In this document: positions 9,888-20,395 of the stretch, piece by piece | How positions within the stretch are numbered: the stretch's first letter is position 1 | How the letters are laid out: each line of letters begins with the position of its first letter | Origin: a virus | Lineage: Duplodnaviria > Caudoviricetes | Direction: 5' to 3' (one strand) | Length of the DNA: 64,000 nucleotides | IMG/VR virus record: IMGVR_UViG_3300014059_000970 | Location: 1-64,000 of that record | The notes under the pieces: generated by a model | Database searches by the model: none | Seen by the model: the letters and a program-made list of their open reading frames with translations, nothing else | What the model was told of the DNA's origin: nothing | Program-made: the position numbers and the translations under genes

Positions 9888-10822
9888 GTCTTAAAGGTGG
9901 CCAAAGACATATAGCCGATGATGGCCTAGCGAATTCTCTTGAAATAAACCTAAAGATGTTTTATGACTGGGCGTTTTTATCTCAATTGGGTGGATGGACA
10001 GAAGTTGCGGTTCCGACAAGTGGAATTTATAGTGCAGACTTTAGTAGGTTAAGGCCAGTTAGTGACCCAAATTATACAAATGGCCAGGTTTGGGAAACTC
10101 CAAGAAAAGACCTAGTGTGGGAATCTGGCGTAGATTATACAAATAAAACGGGCGGAACAGACAACCCTTTACCAGTTGGAAACCCAGTTATTAATGGAAC
10201 GCCAGTTAGTACGGGCTATTATGTTGATTATCAAAATGGCCAAGTAATTTTTACTAATGCAATTTCCACATCCTCAACCGTAAAATTACAACACTCTTTT
10301 AGAACCGTTCAAATTTACAGGGCAGACGACGCTCCTTGGTGGAGAATAATACAACAAAATTCTTACCGTCCAGATAGTAACCAATATCTACAACTAGGAA
10401 GTGGAAACTGGAGTATTTTTGGACAACATAGAATTCAGTTGCCCGCCGTAGTTATAGAGGTAGTTCCAAGAGGAACCGCCGAGGGCGTTGAACTTGGTTC
10501 AGACTCCTTAAATCATAAAAGAGATGTTTTGTTTAATATATTGGCCGAAACAGCTTGGCAAAGAAATAATTTAATGGATATATTTAACGCCCAAACAGAA
10601 AGGGGTATACACTTATTTAATACAAATGATGCCGTTTCAGAATGGCCTTTTGATTATCGTGGTAGCCTTACTGGAACTAAAACATATCCATATTTTGTTA
10701 GTGAAACCGGGTATAGGTGGCGTGTTTGTGATATGAGAGAAAGCTACATCAGTGATGTTTTACAGGTTCATAGCAATTTGTTTATGGCAACGGTAAGAAC
10801 TACTATGGAAACAATAATTTAG
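9869..10822 (+). CDS. Putative tail terminator/neck protein
   Basis: VDYQNGQVIF; QLPAVVIEV...DVLFNILAET..RNNLMD pattern; precedes major tail candidate. Confidence 0.45.
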   Translation: MYSINLGLKGGQRHIADDGLANSLEINLKMFYDWAFLSQLGGWTEVAVPTSGIYSADFSRLRPVSDPNYTNGQVWETPRKDLVWESGVDYTNKTGGTDNPLPVGNPVINGTPVSTGYYVDYQNGQVIFTNAISTSSTVKLQHSFRTVQIYRADDAPWWRIIQQNSYRPDSNQYLQLGSGNWSIFGQHRIQLPAVVIEVVPRGTAEGVELGSDSLNHKRDVLFNILAETAWQRNNLMDIFNAQTERGIHLFNTNDAVSEWPFDYRGSLTGTKTYPYFVSETGYRWRVCDMRESYISDVLQVHSNLFMATVRTTMETII

Positions 10823-11777
10823 ACTCATATTCTTTAATTTTGTCCCATTTTCTAGCTAAACGATAAGGTGTTTCGGTTTGTTCTAGTTGTTTTAGTAAAT
10901 TATAAGCCCTTGTCCATGAGCAATTAATATAATAATAGTTACCGTCTTTTTTCTTATTTATAGACAATGGTGAATAGGACTCCTTATCTTCTAGTTCATA
11001 TAATATATTTGCGGACCATTCCATTACTTCTTTTGTTCCAATTAGCTCAAATACCATTTTATTATTTACAATTCCTATATGCCCGTCTCCGTCTATAAGT
11101 CCAATAATGTAGGATAGTTGCAAATCAAAATCGTTAATATTTGGAGGTAATAGAGTTAGGCTCTTCTTTTCGGTAATGTTCCAATTTTTATTGAGAGACT
11201 TTATCCATTTTTCGCAGTTTCTTATTTGTAAAGCCGAATAGTAATAAATATTTTCTGAATATTTTCCGTACCCCCTATGTTTTCCTTGGCCGATTTTTCC
11301 TGTAAATTCTGTTTGAGATACCATTTCTTTTAGTAGGCATTCGTCTGTACTTTTTAGATTTATTGCTAAAAATAGTCTATCTCTACAATTGCCTATACAT
11401 CCGTCCGCAGCTATAAAACCAGCCCAATAGCAATTTTGAATGTTTGGAGTTGTAAAAAACTCTTCGTTTTGAGAATATAGATATGAATATTTCCTAGTTT
11501 CAATTTTATATTTCCGTATTAAATTATTAACATGTGTTTCTGAAAAGTTAAAATCTTTAGCTATTTTTGCAATTGTATATTTTTGTTCTATATAGAGTTT
11601 TTCGAGTTGCTCTTTTGATATTTCCTTTTTTGGTCGTGTTGGTATGTTAAACCTTTTTAATGCTCTAAAAACAGTACAATGATTACACCCCAATTCTATA
11701 GCTATTTCTCTAGCGGTTTTTGTTCCATTGGTGTAGTTTGTTAATAGATACTCTTTTGTAATAAGTGACTTTTTCAT
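10803..11777 (-). mobile_element. Free-standing double-motif LAGLIDADG homing endonuclease with N-terminal HTH repeats
   Basis: YWAGFIAADGC and YIIGLIDGDGH motifs; two HTH-like N-terminal segments; AGGAG RBS; antisense to flanking genes. Confidence 0.85.
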
Positions 11778-11806
11778 ATATTCTCCTAAAAGTGTTGCAA
11801 TAGACT

Positions 11807-11839
11807 ATTATACACGAGAAAGGTCAAATGGTGTATAAT
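11807..11839. promoter_or_regulatory. Back-to-back pair of GTGTATAAT promoter-like motifs
   Basis: ATTATACAC (11807-11815) and GTGTATAAT (11831-11839) form an inverted repeat with a 15-bp spacer between divergent genes. Confidence 0.65.
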
Positions 11840-11913
11840 TAAATATAAAATATATTTTTTATCAGACAAAATCGTCTTCAGTAAGTATTAATACTAAATA
11901 TAGGTACTAAATC

Positions 11914-13122
11914 ATGCCAGTAAACTCACGCGTATATTTTGCGACCCATAGCGTAGCCCTAAAACAAACTAGTGGTGCTTTAACATTTGAAACAGGCCAT
12001 TTGTTAAAAGGCGCTCAGTCAGTAGGAATTACATCAAACTTCAATATTACTCCTTTATTTTCATTGGGTTATCTACCAGTTTATGAAAACTTGGAAGGTA
12101 TTCCAGACGTTGAAGTAAACATTCAAAAGGCACTAGACGGATATCCTCTTGCTTATCATTTAGCTACAACTGCCGCCGCTGACCCAACTCTAGGTGGTCG
12201 TTCAATTGCTCGTTGTGACATTGGTTTAGCTGTCTACGCAGATACAAGCACATTTGCTAGTGGTACTCCTCAAGCTGTTTGTGCCGTTTCTGGAGCTTAT
12301 ATTAATTCAGTAGCCTATAACTTTGGAACAGATGGTAGCTTTACTGAAGACACTAGTTATGTTGCAAATGACAAGATTTGGACTCGTACACCTGGAGTTG
12401 GTGGCGGAACACCAAACTATGGTGAAATAGACTTGGTATCAATGCCAACTATTACTTGGAATGCCCATATGGCTGCAAGTTTAAGTCCAATAGCTGTTGG
12501 TGGTGTTGCCCAGTCAGAAGACTTCCTATGGGACTTACCAACAGGAACATTAAACTCAGACGACAATGGCGCTGTTAACCATCCAGACGTAACAGTTATT
12601 CCAACAGAAATTCAAGGTGTTACACTATCTGGTACAAACCCAACACAGGCTGGTTCAGATATTAGAAGTGCTCACGTTCAAACAGCAAGCGTTTCAGTTA
12701 GCTTAAACCGTGAATCTATTACAGAACTTGGCCGTCGTGGTCCTTATAGCCGTACTATTCAGTTCCCAGTAGAAGTTACTGCTGAATTTACAAGCACAAC
12801 ATCTGAAGGTGACCTAGTATCACATACAAGTAGAGGTATCTTTGGAACTGACACCGGAGCCCTTTGCTCTACTGCTAATGAAAACTTAAGAAATAGAACA
12901 ATTCGTCTTTGCACTTGCGAAGGAACTCGTATCTATCTAGGTAGAAAGAATAAGTTATCTTCAGTTAGTTACGCTGGAGGTGATGCTGGTGGTGGTAACG
13001 TAACAACAACTTATGGTTACACAACACAAAACGAATTTACAGTTATGCACCAACGCGACCCACATATTAGTGGAGCTTCTTGGTGGACTAACCGTACAGT
13101 TAGTAACTATTTGATTCAATAA
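11914..13122 (+). CDS. Putative major tail tube protein
   Basis: GAQSVGITSNF and VQTASVSVSLNRESITELGRRGPY..TIQFPVEVT beta-rich motifs; own promoter motif; downstream hairpin; lies upstream of chaperones and tape measure. Confidence 0.6.
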   Translation: MPVNSRVYFATHSVALKQTSGALTFETGHLLKGAQSVGITSNFNITPLFSLGYLPVYENLEGIPDVEVNIQKALDGYPLAYHLATTAAADPTLGGRSIARCDIGLAVYADTSTFASGTPQAVCAVSGAYINSVAYNFGTDGSFTEDTSYVANDKIWTRTPGVGGGTPNYGEIDLVSMPTITWNAHMAASLSPIAVGGVAQSEDFLWDLPTGTLNSDDNGAVNHPDVTVIPTEIQGVTLSGTNPTQAGSDIRSAHVQTASVSVSLNRESITELGRRGPYSRTIQFPVEVTAEFTSTTSEGDLVSHTSRGIFGTDTGALCSTANENLRNRTIRLCTCEGTRIYLGRKNKLSSVSYAGGDAGGGNVTTTYGYTTQNEFTVMHQRDPHISGASWWTNRTVSNYLIQ

Positions 13123-13130
13123 TAAAAACT

Positions 13131-13169
13131 GGAGGTTTTGGGGTTAGGGTTTCTAGCCCCAGAACTTCC
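13131..13169 (+). terminator. 17-bp RNA hairpin (3 G-U pairs) after major tail gene; attenuator or mRNA stabiliser
   Basis: GGAGGTTTTGGGGTTAG-ggttt-CTAGCCCCAGAACTTCC; all mismatches are G-U compatible on the + strand; no U tract. Confidence 0.6.
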
Positions 13170-13180
13170 TTGGGACCAGG

Positions 13181-14185
13181 ATGACAGAAAAAGACAAGTT
13201 AGCCCTAATCTATAGGATTACTTCGGGCTATACTATAATAAAAGACTATATATTGGACACCGTTACTGATTCTTTATGGAATGAGTCTTTGTATGTCTAT
13301 AAAGAAGTTATTGAAAAGAATAAGTTTGAGGGATTATTAACAGAACAAGATGCTAAAAAAATCTTAATAGTGAATGGATTATGGAGATTTGAGGACGATA
13401 ATAATTTAATAGAAATAGATAAATCATTAGATAGTTGTAAGTTAGAACTATATAATAATTATGGGATGCCGGCTAGTGTTATAAGACAAATTAGGAATAG
13501 ATTAGATATAATAAAAAAAGAAAAGAACAAGAAGCTGAATACTAAACATTCTTTAGATAGATTTACTATAGAAGGATTGGCCGATTACGCATCTGAAGTT
13601 TATGTATTTTCTAAAAGTGTTCTTGATAGGAATTATAACAAAGTAGAAGTTAATCCAATAATGCTGGACAGGATAATTATGGAATATAGGCTAGCGATGC
13701 CATCTAATACAGAAATAAGACTAATATCTAGAACTGAACCGTGGCGTTCTTTATGGTCGACTAATCCTAATTGTTTTAGGGTAATTGGGCATGAGCAAAA
13801 CTCGCTAATTATGTTTAGTAAAATGTACGATATGGTATATGAGCATTCAGAAAGACCACCAGAAGAAGTAATTCAAGATGACGACATGTTAGATGGTTGG
13901 TTTATTTCAATGAAGAAAAAGTCAGACGCCGAAAAGGCAAAGAGTAAACAAAACGTTTTAACTAATAGGCATCCTAAAGCACAAGAAATTTTCGTGTCCG
14001 CATTAAGTTATGAAGACGCTAGGTCTGGTAAGGGACTTAATCCAAGTCAAATTAGCGAAGTAGAAAACATGAATGATATTAAGGGCAAGATAATTCAAAA
14101 AGAGATTGCAGAGTTGGTTAAGACAAAGGAAGTTGTAAGAGATATGGACATTCCATCAGTAAGAATAGGAGTAACAAATGGATAG
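13181..14185 (+). CDS. Hypothetical protein, possible tail assembly chaperone
   Basis: Position between tail tube and tape measure; helical, charged. Confidence 0.4.
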   Translation: MTEKDKLALIYRITSGYTIIKDYILDTVTDSLWNESLYVYKEVIEKNKFEGLLTEQDAKKILIVNGLWRFEDDNNLIEIDKSLDSCKLELYNNYGMPASVIRQIRNRLDIIKKEKNKKLNTKHSLDRFTIEGLADYASEVYVFSKSVLDRNYNKVEVNPIMLDRIIMEYRLAMPSNTEIRLISRTEPWRSLWSTNPNCFRVIGHEQNSLIMFSKMYDMVYEHSERPPEEVIQDDDMLDGWFISMKKKSDAEKAKSKQNVLTNRHPKAQEIFVSALSYEDARSGKGLNPSQISEVENMNDIKGKIIQKEIAELVKTKEVVRDMDIPSVRIGVTNG

Positions 14186-14495
14186 TTTTGCTAAAAACAA
14201 GCTAAAACAGGATATTAAGAAAAAGATAACGACAACAATGATAGGCGCATTATCTTCATTTGAAAATAGAATGGGAAAGCTTTGGGGATACCACAAGTCA
14301 GAAGAAGAGGCTTTAACACCACAAGAAGAAAGGTTCTTGGCACTGTGGTTAGAAATTAGAGAAGAGATTTTAGATAGGGGAAACGCACAGATAGGGGCAA
14401 TTTCTTCTAATCTGGACAATTACGATATTGAGACAGTAAAATACAAGTATACTTTTTATAACAGGAGAGACAATGACACAGACCCAAGAAATTAG
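14178..14495 (+). CDS. Hypothetical protein
   Basis: GGAG RBS, overlapping operon ORF. Confidence 0.55.
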   Translation: MDSFAKNKLKQDIKKKITTTMIGALSSFENRMGKLWGYHKSEEEALTPQEERFLALWLEIREEILDRGNAQIGAISSNLDNYDIETVKYKYTFYNRRDNDTDPRN

Positions 14496-15288
14496 TTTTA
14501 CAGTAGCGGACGTTGAATATAAGGTTCGTCAACCAACTTTAGATGAAAACCGTCAGGCGCAATCGGAATATAACCGCGCTTTTAATCTGGCCTTAAAGTC
14601 AAAGTGCCCATTAGAAATTCAGGTATCTGACATTTTAAAGGAACAGGGCCTTTGGAGCGACAAGCAAGAGCAAGAGTATAATAAGTTAAGGGACACTATT
14701 CTAGAAAAGGAATTTGTTCTACATAAGGGCGGTATTTATAAGTCAGAAGCCCGTAAAATTGCTATTGAGTTGAAAAATCTTCGTAGAGAAATGGAAGCCC
14801 TTTTTTCGCCAATTTCTAATTTTAGAACCAGAACATGCGAAGGTCAAGCACAAAACGCCAAGTTTGACTATTTGGTTTCAGCCTGTGTGGTGTATTCAGA
14901 TGGTAGACCATACTTTGCTAACTATGAAGACTATTTAAATAGACAAGCAGACCCAGTTGCCCTTGTAGGCTCTGGTAAGTTTGCCGAACTACATTATCGT
15001 CTGACCGAAGATTTCCAAAACGACTTGCCAGAAAACAAGTTTTTAAAAGAACACGGATTCGCGGACGATAAGAATAGGCTTATAGATAGTAAGGGAAGAC
15101 TTATATCAGAAGATGGCAGACTAATTAACGAAGATAATAACTTGGTTGATGAAGACGGCAATCTAATTGATATCCTTGGTCACAAAATTGATAAAGAGGG
15201 TAATTTTATTGTAGAACGTACTCCGTTCTTGGATGATTCGGCAGATAGCGTAAAGGACAGTGCCACTACTAAAAAAAGTAAAAAATAA
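14473..15288 (+). CDS. Putative tail assembly chaperone with 7-aa repeat
   Basis: YKVRQPTLDE N-terminus; repeat RLIDSKG RLISEDG RLINEDN NLVDEDG NLIDILG HKIDKEG; directly upstream of tape measure. Confidence 0.45.
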   Translation: MTQTQEISFTVADVEYKVRQPTLDENRQAQSEYNRAFNLALKSKCPLEIQVSDILKEQGLWSDKQEQEYNKLRDTILEKEFVLHKGGIYKSEARKIAIELKNLRREMEALFSPISNFRTRTCEGQAQNAKFDYLVSACVVYSDGRPYFANYEDYLNRQADPVALVGSGKFAELHYRLTEDFQNDLPENKFLKEHGFADDKNRLIDSKGRLISEDGRLINEDNNLVDEDGNLIDILGHKIDKEGNFIVERTPFLDDSADSVKDSATTKKSKK

Positions 15289-15291
15289 TAA

Positions 15292-18200
15292 ATGGCTTTC
15301 AATCTAACTGCCAATATAAATGCTAGGCTAGCTAATGGTGGCGCTATAGCTTCTCAATTGAGAAAGCAGTTAAGTGCTAATCCTATTGGTATAAATGTTA
15401 AATTAACAGGAAGTGCAGAAAAGGCATCTAAAGCCCTTACCGGTTCATTAAAAGATTTAAATGCGCAGATAAGGGCTATTTCTGCTAATTCTAGAACTGC
15501 ATCTTCAGCCATTAATCAGTTAAGTGCGTCTTTTAGTAAGTTTAAGTCAGGGGCGCAAAACCTAGCGCAAACATCAAGGGCAGCCAAAACAATAACAGCC
15601 GAAACAAAGAAGGCGACGGACCAAGTTGGAGAATTTGGTAGAGTTGCCGGTTTAGCGCTTCGTAGAAATACTGGCTTCTTATTAGCTACTGGCGCTGTAT
15701 ATGGTTTGGGCCGTGCTATTACTTCTAGTTTTAGCGAAGCTATTAGATTTGAAAAAGAACTTGTAAAGATTGCTCAAGTAAGTAATCGTTCAGTGGCGTC
15801 ATTAAAGCCATTAGCAGATGAAATAACTCGTTTGTCAGTTGGACTTGGCGTTGCTTCTTCTGATTTGGTTGACGTGTCTTTGATTTTAGCTCAAGCCGGT
15901 CTTTCTGCTAATGAAACTAGACAAGCGTTGGACGCTTTAGCTAAAACAACCCTAGCCGCAACATTCGGTAGTATTCAAGATACTACTGAAGGAGCTATTG
16001 CTTTAATGGCTCAATTTGAAATTAAAGCTAAAGATTTAGGTAAAGCCCTTGGTGCCACCAATGCCGTTTCTGCTGCGTTCGCCGTAGAATCTGAAGACAT
16101 TATTGCTGCTGTTAAGCGTGCCGGTGGTGTTTTTGCTCAGACATCAAAAGGTGTAACGTCACAACTTGGCGCATTTAATGAATTTATTGCAGTGTTTAGT
16201 GCCGTTCGTTCTACTACTCGTGAAAGCGCCGAAAGTATCGCTACTGGTTTACGTACTATTTTTACACGTATTCAACGTCCAGCAACAATTCAGTTCCTAA
16301 AAGAATTAGGTGTTGAACTTACAGACCTAAATGGTAGATTCGTTGGCCCATTCGAGGCTGTTAATAGATTGTCTAAAGGACTAGAAGGATTAGACCGTAG
16401 AGGTTCATCATTTGCTAGAGTAGCTGAAGAACTTGGTGGTTTCCGTCAAATTGGTAAAACGCTAGCTTTACTTTCATCGTCTACTCAAAGACTTGAAGCT
16501 TTACAAGTTGCTCAACAGGGACAAAACTCCGTTAATAAAGATGCAGAACAAGCACAGCAATCATTAGCAAATGCTATTCAAAAGACTAAAGAAAATTTTA
16601 CTGCCCTTATCCGTGAAATTGGACAAACAAAAACATTTGATTTTCTTGTCAGAACAACTCTAAAGTTTGCTAACGCCCTTATTAAATTGGCTGATTCAAT
16701 AAAGCCATTAATTCCATTATTAACCGCCTTTGCTGCCGTTAAAGGTATTAATATAGCTGCGCGTTTTTATCCAGACTTTAAAAAGAGTTTAGGCGGTAAG
16801 GGTTATGCCGTTGGTGGTAGGGTTAGTGGTGGTAAGGGAGGAAAAGACGATATTCCTGCGATGCTAACTGCTGGTGAATATGTTATCAACAAAAAGTCAG
16901 CTAATATGATTGGTAGGGAAAATCTTGATGAATTAAATAGAGTTGGTCTTGCTAGCGGCGGTCCAGTTGGTAGGGTTAAAATGGCAACAGGAGGAGACCC
17001 AGAAGAAGAATTAGCTCAATTAAGAAAGCTAGATGCTAAACTTGGAAAAGGACAAGGAGCTAGAAAGGAAAGGACTAGACTTCTAAACTCTATACGAGAT
17101 AAAACATTAAGAAATGAAACTACAGACCCATCACTATTAGGCATTGGTCGCGGAGGCATAACTCCAAGATTTGAAGCAAATTTAGGAGGTCGTAGTGTTT
17201 CTGGCAATAGTGGTGCTACTCTAACAGGAAATCTTTCAGAAGCAAAACTCCAAGAAAGAATAGCTCAACAAAATAAAACAAGACTAGAAAAGAACAAAAG
17301 GTTTAACGCCGAACAAGCTAGGCTCCAAGAAAAAGAATTAAACATTCAAGCAGAAAATATTAGAGTTCAAGAACTAGCAAAAGAAAATAATAGACAAACA
17401 ATTACTACTCCAAAACGAAGAATTCTTTCATCTTTACAATCTTCAGTAAATTCTTTTGCTGGAGTAGGTGGATTAGGTAATATACCAAGTCAACAAACTC
17501 TAGACCCAGCCATTATTGCTTTAAGACAACAACAAGCCTTATTACAAAACGCTAAAAAACCACCTAGAGTTACTGGTAGTAGAACAACTAGTATAAGAGA
17601 TATAATGAGAACGTTAAGCGTTCCAGTTGGTGCTGCTCCGCTGTCAGATTTACAGTCTTCTGATTTTGGTGATTTTGATGGGTCAAGTCAAAACGTAACA
17701 AGTACATTTAGAAGTAAAAGACGTGTACCGACCAGTCAATTATCATTTAGAAATAGGGCAAGATTATTAGGAACTCAATTTTCAACAGGATTACAAAATC
17801 AGTTACCAACATTCTCTCGTCTTGGAGACACAAAAATTGGTAGAGCTGTTACATCTAGATTACCAAAGGGTTCTCGTCTTGTTGCCGCTGGAGCGTTAGC
17901 TGGAGGAGTTATAGCTGGAGATAAAATTGGTGGTACTTTAGGTGGTGCGATTACTGGAGCAACTGGCGGAGCTTTTACTGGAGCCGCTTTGGGTTCTGCT
18001 TTTGGTCCAGTTGGAACTGGAGTTGGCGCTGCTGTTGGAGGTATTATAGGGGCGCTTCAAGGATTTATTGATGCAGACCTAGATGCTAAAATTAAAAACG
18101 CGTCAGACAATATAATTAGAAGCATTAGTGATGTAGAAACTGGATTTGAAGGTTTCCAACAAGCAATAGCTCGCATAGGTAGTGGAGATATTAGCGCAGC

Positions 18201-20394
18201 CTTAACAGAATTAACTGGTAGTTTTGCCGGTCTATCTCAAAACGTAGTTAATTCTTCTAGAGTAGAAAGGGGCCTTAATCCAGAAACTATAGATACGAGA
18301 TTATCATTAACAGAAAACGAAAAACAACAAGCTTTTGCTGGTTTAAGTGCTAATCGTAGACTAGAAGTTATAGCTGAAGAAAATAAAAATATAGAAATTT
18401 TTGGTAATAGAAAAAGCGACCTTGGAAGTGCAGGAGAGGCCGCTAAGTCTGCGTTAAACGAACAGCTTTCTAGAGGTATTGATTTTGATAAAGCTGTTTC
18501 AAGTTTAGGTCCATCAGGACAAGTTGCTTTAGCGTTTGCTACGGCTAAAGATAAAAGTGCCCAAATAGCGCTTGGACAAGCAGCAACTTCTGGAAGAGAA
18601 AATCTTCAAGCAACTGCAAGAGCACAAGTTCTTGGTGGAGATTTAAGAATACAAAACGACGAAGAAATTAAAAGAAAAGAACTATTAAAAAAGGGCGCTC
18701 AAGAACTTGCAAACATAAATGGTCAAACAGACCTATTTATTGAAAGAATGACAAACCTATCTGCTGTGTTAGATAGGGCTTCTCAAGCTGGAGAAGGTTT
18801 TAGAAGAAGTAATGAGGCTCTACTTTCTCGTCGTAGTGGCGGCGCTGGTATACGTTCTCAAACTAGAACAAACGTTTTTGATAACACTAGGGCGTTTACA
18901 GAAGCAGATATAACTAAAGAAGCATTAAGAGTTAATTCTTTTCTAGGAAATAATGCCAATAGTAGAGAAGCAACTCAAAGTGTTATTGGGGCAAAACAAC
19001 TACAAACTAAACTTCCAGGTATTTTAAACGCCCTTTCTGCTGGTGTTAGAGCTGGAGGTGAAAGTAATACATTATTACCTGAATTAATTAATAAAGGTCT
19101 TGGTGGCGTTCCAGAAGTATTAAGAAATAAACTACAATCAGACATTAGAACAAAGTTCTTTGCTAACGACCAAGCCTCACCAGACGATATTGCTAATGCT
19201 TTAGCTGGTGGAGATGTTACAGATTTACAAGGTAGCTCACAAGAAGTAAGTAATACATTTAAAAAATTAGTAGATGTAACAAACCAAAAGATTACTGAAT
19301 ATGAACAAGTTCTAGACCAATATATTCAATTAAATAGAGAGGCTAACGACGCTCAAGATACTCGTCTTCAAATTTTAAACGATAGCAATAATGAAGAAAA
19401 GGCACTTCTTGGACAAGAAAGATTAACTATAGCAGATAAAAGTCGTGGCTTTAATACTCAATTAAGTCAATTCGCTGGAAGGGCCGGTTCTGGTTCTAGT
19501 GTACAAGAATTAATTGCTAGAGAAGCCTCCTTAAATGCAACAAGAGAAGGTGGATTTACTGGGTCTTCAGATGAAGTAGCTAGACAAATGGCTAGACTAA
19601 CAGAACAACAAAACGAATCATTAAGGGCTTTAGAATTAATCGCCGGAAATACTGAACGTCAAAATGCCATATCAGAAGAACTAAACGGCCTAATTGATAG
19701 TCGTAGACAAGCACGCCAAATATTTGAAGATTTCGCATCTGGTTCACCAACAGAAAGAAGACAGATTGAAAGAAATATTGATTTGGCCAGAAGACAAAAC
19801 GAAGGAGAAAACTTCTTTGGAGAAAGATTAAAGCAGGCTAAAGAAGGTCAAAACGCCTTGCAGGCTATTATTGGTGCTACTCAAGGCCAGGCCGGACTTA
19901 AAGCATTAGACCAACAACAAATTAGTTTCCTAGATAGAAGTGGGGCTGATAGACTATTTGGTGCTGCTGGTGTAAATCCAGGAGTAGGAGTGGGCGGACT
20001 ACTTAATAATAACGACGCCTTCTTCCAACAAGGGTTTTCACAACTACAAGACATAAATAGACAACGTGGTGCCGCCGCCGCTGGTATTGAAGATATTAAT
20101 AGGAGAGACGCTAACCAAGTTGAACAAAATGGTAGAAATGCCTTTAATTCATTCCAATCTGGACTACAAAACGCTTTAGCAAAAGGCGGATTAGTAGATA
20201 TGTTAAATTCAACACTGTCAAATCTACCAGAAGTTATCCAAATTGGTGGAAGTGTAGACCATAATATTAACATTAACGGCGCAGAAGTATTGGCAGGCAT
20301 GGAACCAACCTTAAGAAAGATTGTTATTGACCATGTAAACTTTGAAATTAATAAGAGAATGAATCCATTAACAGGAGAAACCGCTCCAGCATAA
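15292..20394 (+). CDS. Tail tape measure protein (TP901-like N-terminal domain)
   Basis: 1,700 aa, Ala/Gly/Gln-rich; FEKELVKIAQV...LAQAGL...RESAESIATGLRTIF core; AVGGRV...DDIPAMLTAGEYVI motif; Gly-zipper segment. Confidence 0.9.
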   Translation: MAFNLTANINARLANGGAIASQLRKQLSANPIGINVKLTGSAEKASKALTGSLKDLNAQIRAISANSRTASSAINQLSASFSKFKSGAQNLAQTSRAAKTITAETKKATDQVGEFGRVAGLALRRNTGFLLATGAVYGLGRAITSSFSEAIRFEKELVKIAQVSNRSVASLKPLADEITRLSVGLGVASSDLVDVSLILAQAGLSANETRQALDALAKTTLAATFGSIQDTTEGAIALMAQFEIKAKDLGKALGATNAVSAAFAVESEDIIAAVKRAGGVFAQTSKGVTSQLGAFNEFIAVFSAVRSTTRESAESIATGLRTIFTRIQRPATIQFLKELGVELTDLNGRFVGPFEAVNRLSKGLEGLDRRGSSFARVAEELGGFRQIGKTLALLSSSTQRLEALQVAQQGQNSVNKDAEQAQQSLANAIQKTKENFTALIREIGQTKTFDFLVRTTLKFANALIKLADSIKPLIPLLTAFAAVKGINIAARFYPDFKKSLGGKGYAVGGRVSGGKGGKDDIPAMLTAGEYVINKKSANMIGRENLDELNRVGLASGGPVGRVKMATGGDPEEELAQLRKLDAKLGKGQGARKERTRLLNSIRDKTLRNETTDPSLLGIGRGGITPRFEANLGGRSVSGNSGATLTGNLSEAKLQERIAQQNKTRLEKNKRFNAEQARLQEKELNIQAENIRVQELAKENNRQTITTPKRRILSSLQSSVNSFAGVGGLGNIPSQQTLDPAIIALRQQQALLQNAKKPPRVTGSRTTSIRDIMRTLSVPVGAAPLSDLQSSDFGDFDGSSQNVTSTFRSKRRVPTSQLSFRNRARLLGTQFSTGLQNQLPTFSRLGDTKIGRAVTSRLPKGSRLVAAGALAGGVIAGDKIGGTLGGAITGATGGAFTGAALGSAFGPVGTGVGAAVGGIIGALQGFIDADLDAKIKNASDNIIRSISDVETGFEGFQQAIARIGSGDISAALTELTGSFAGLSQNVVNSSRVERGLNPETIDTRLSLTENEKQQAFAGLSANRRLEVIAEENKNIEIFGNRKSDLGSAGEAAKSALNEQLSRGIDFDKAVSSLGPSGQVALAFATAKDKSAQIALGQAATSGRENLQATARAQVLGGDLRIQNDEEIKRKELLKKGAQELANINGQTDLFIERMTNLSAVLDRASQAGEGFRRSNEALLSRRSGGAGIRSQTRTNVFDNTRAFTEADITKEALRVNSFLGNNANSREATQSVIGAKQLQTKLPGILNALSAGVRAGGESNTLLPELINKGLGGVPEVLRNKLQSDIRTKFFANDQASPDDIANALAGGDVTDLQGSSQEVSNTFKKLVDVTNQKITEYEQVLDQYIQLNREANDAQDTRLQILNDSNNEEKALLGQERLTIADKSRGFNTQLSQFAGRAGSGSSVQELIAREASLNATREGGFTGSSDEVARQMARLTEQQNESLRALELIAGNTERQNAISEELNGLIDSRRQARQIFEDFASGSPTERRQIERNIDLARRQNEGENFFGERLKQAKEGQNALQAIIGATQGQAGLKALDQQQISFLDRSGADRLFGAAGVNPGVGVGGLLNNNDAFFQQGFSQLQDINRQRGAAAAGIEDINRRDANQVEQNGRNAFNSFQSGLQNALAKGGLVDMLNSTLSNLPEVIQIGGSVDHNININGAEVLAGMEPTLRKIVIDHVNFEINKRMNPLTGETAPA

Positions 20395-20395
20395 T

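Noticed and set aside
13181-15288. Programmed frameshift in tail assembly chaperones
   Set aside because: The downstream ORFs have their own ATG and GGAG RBS, and I saw no convincing slippery site at the junctions.
17870-18060. Gly-zipper segment as a toxin or bacteriocin domain
   Set aside because: It is internal to the tape measure, where such Gly/Ala-rich membrane-interacting segments are usual.
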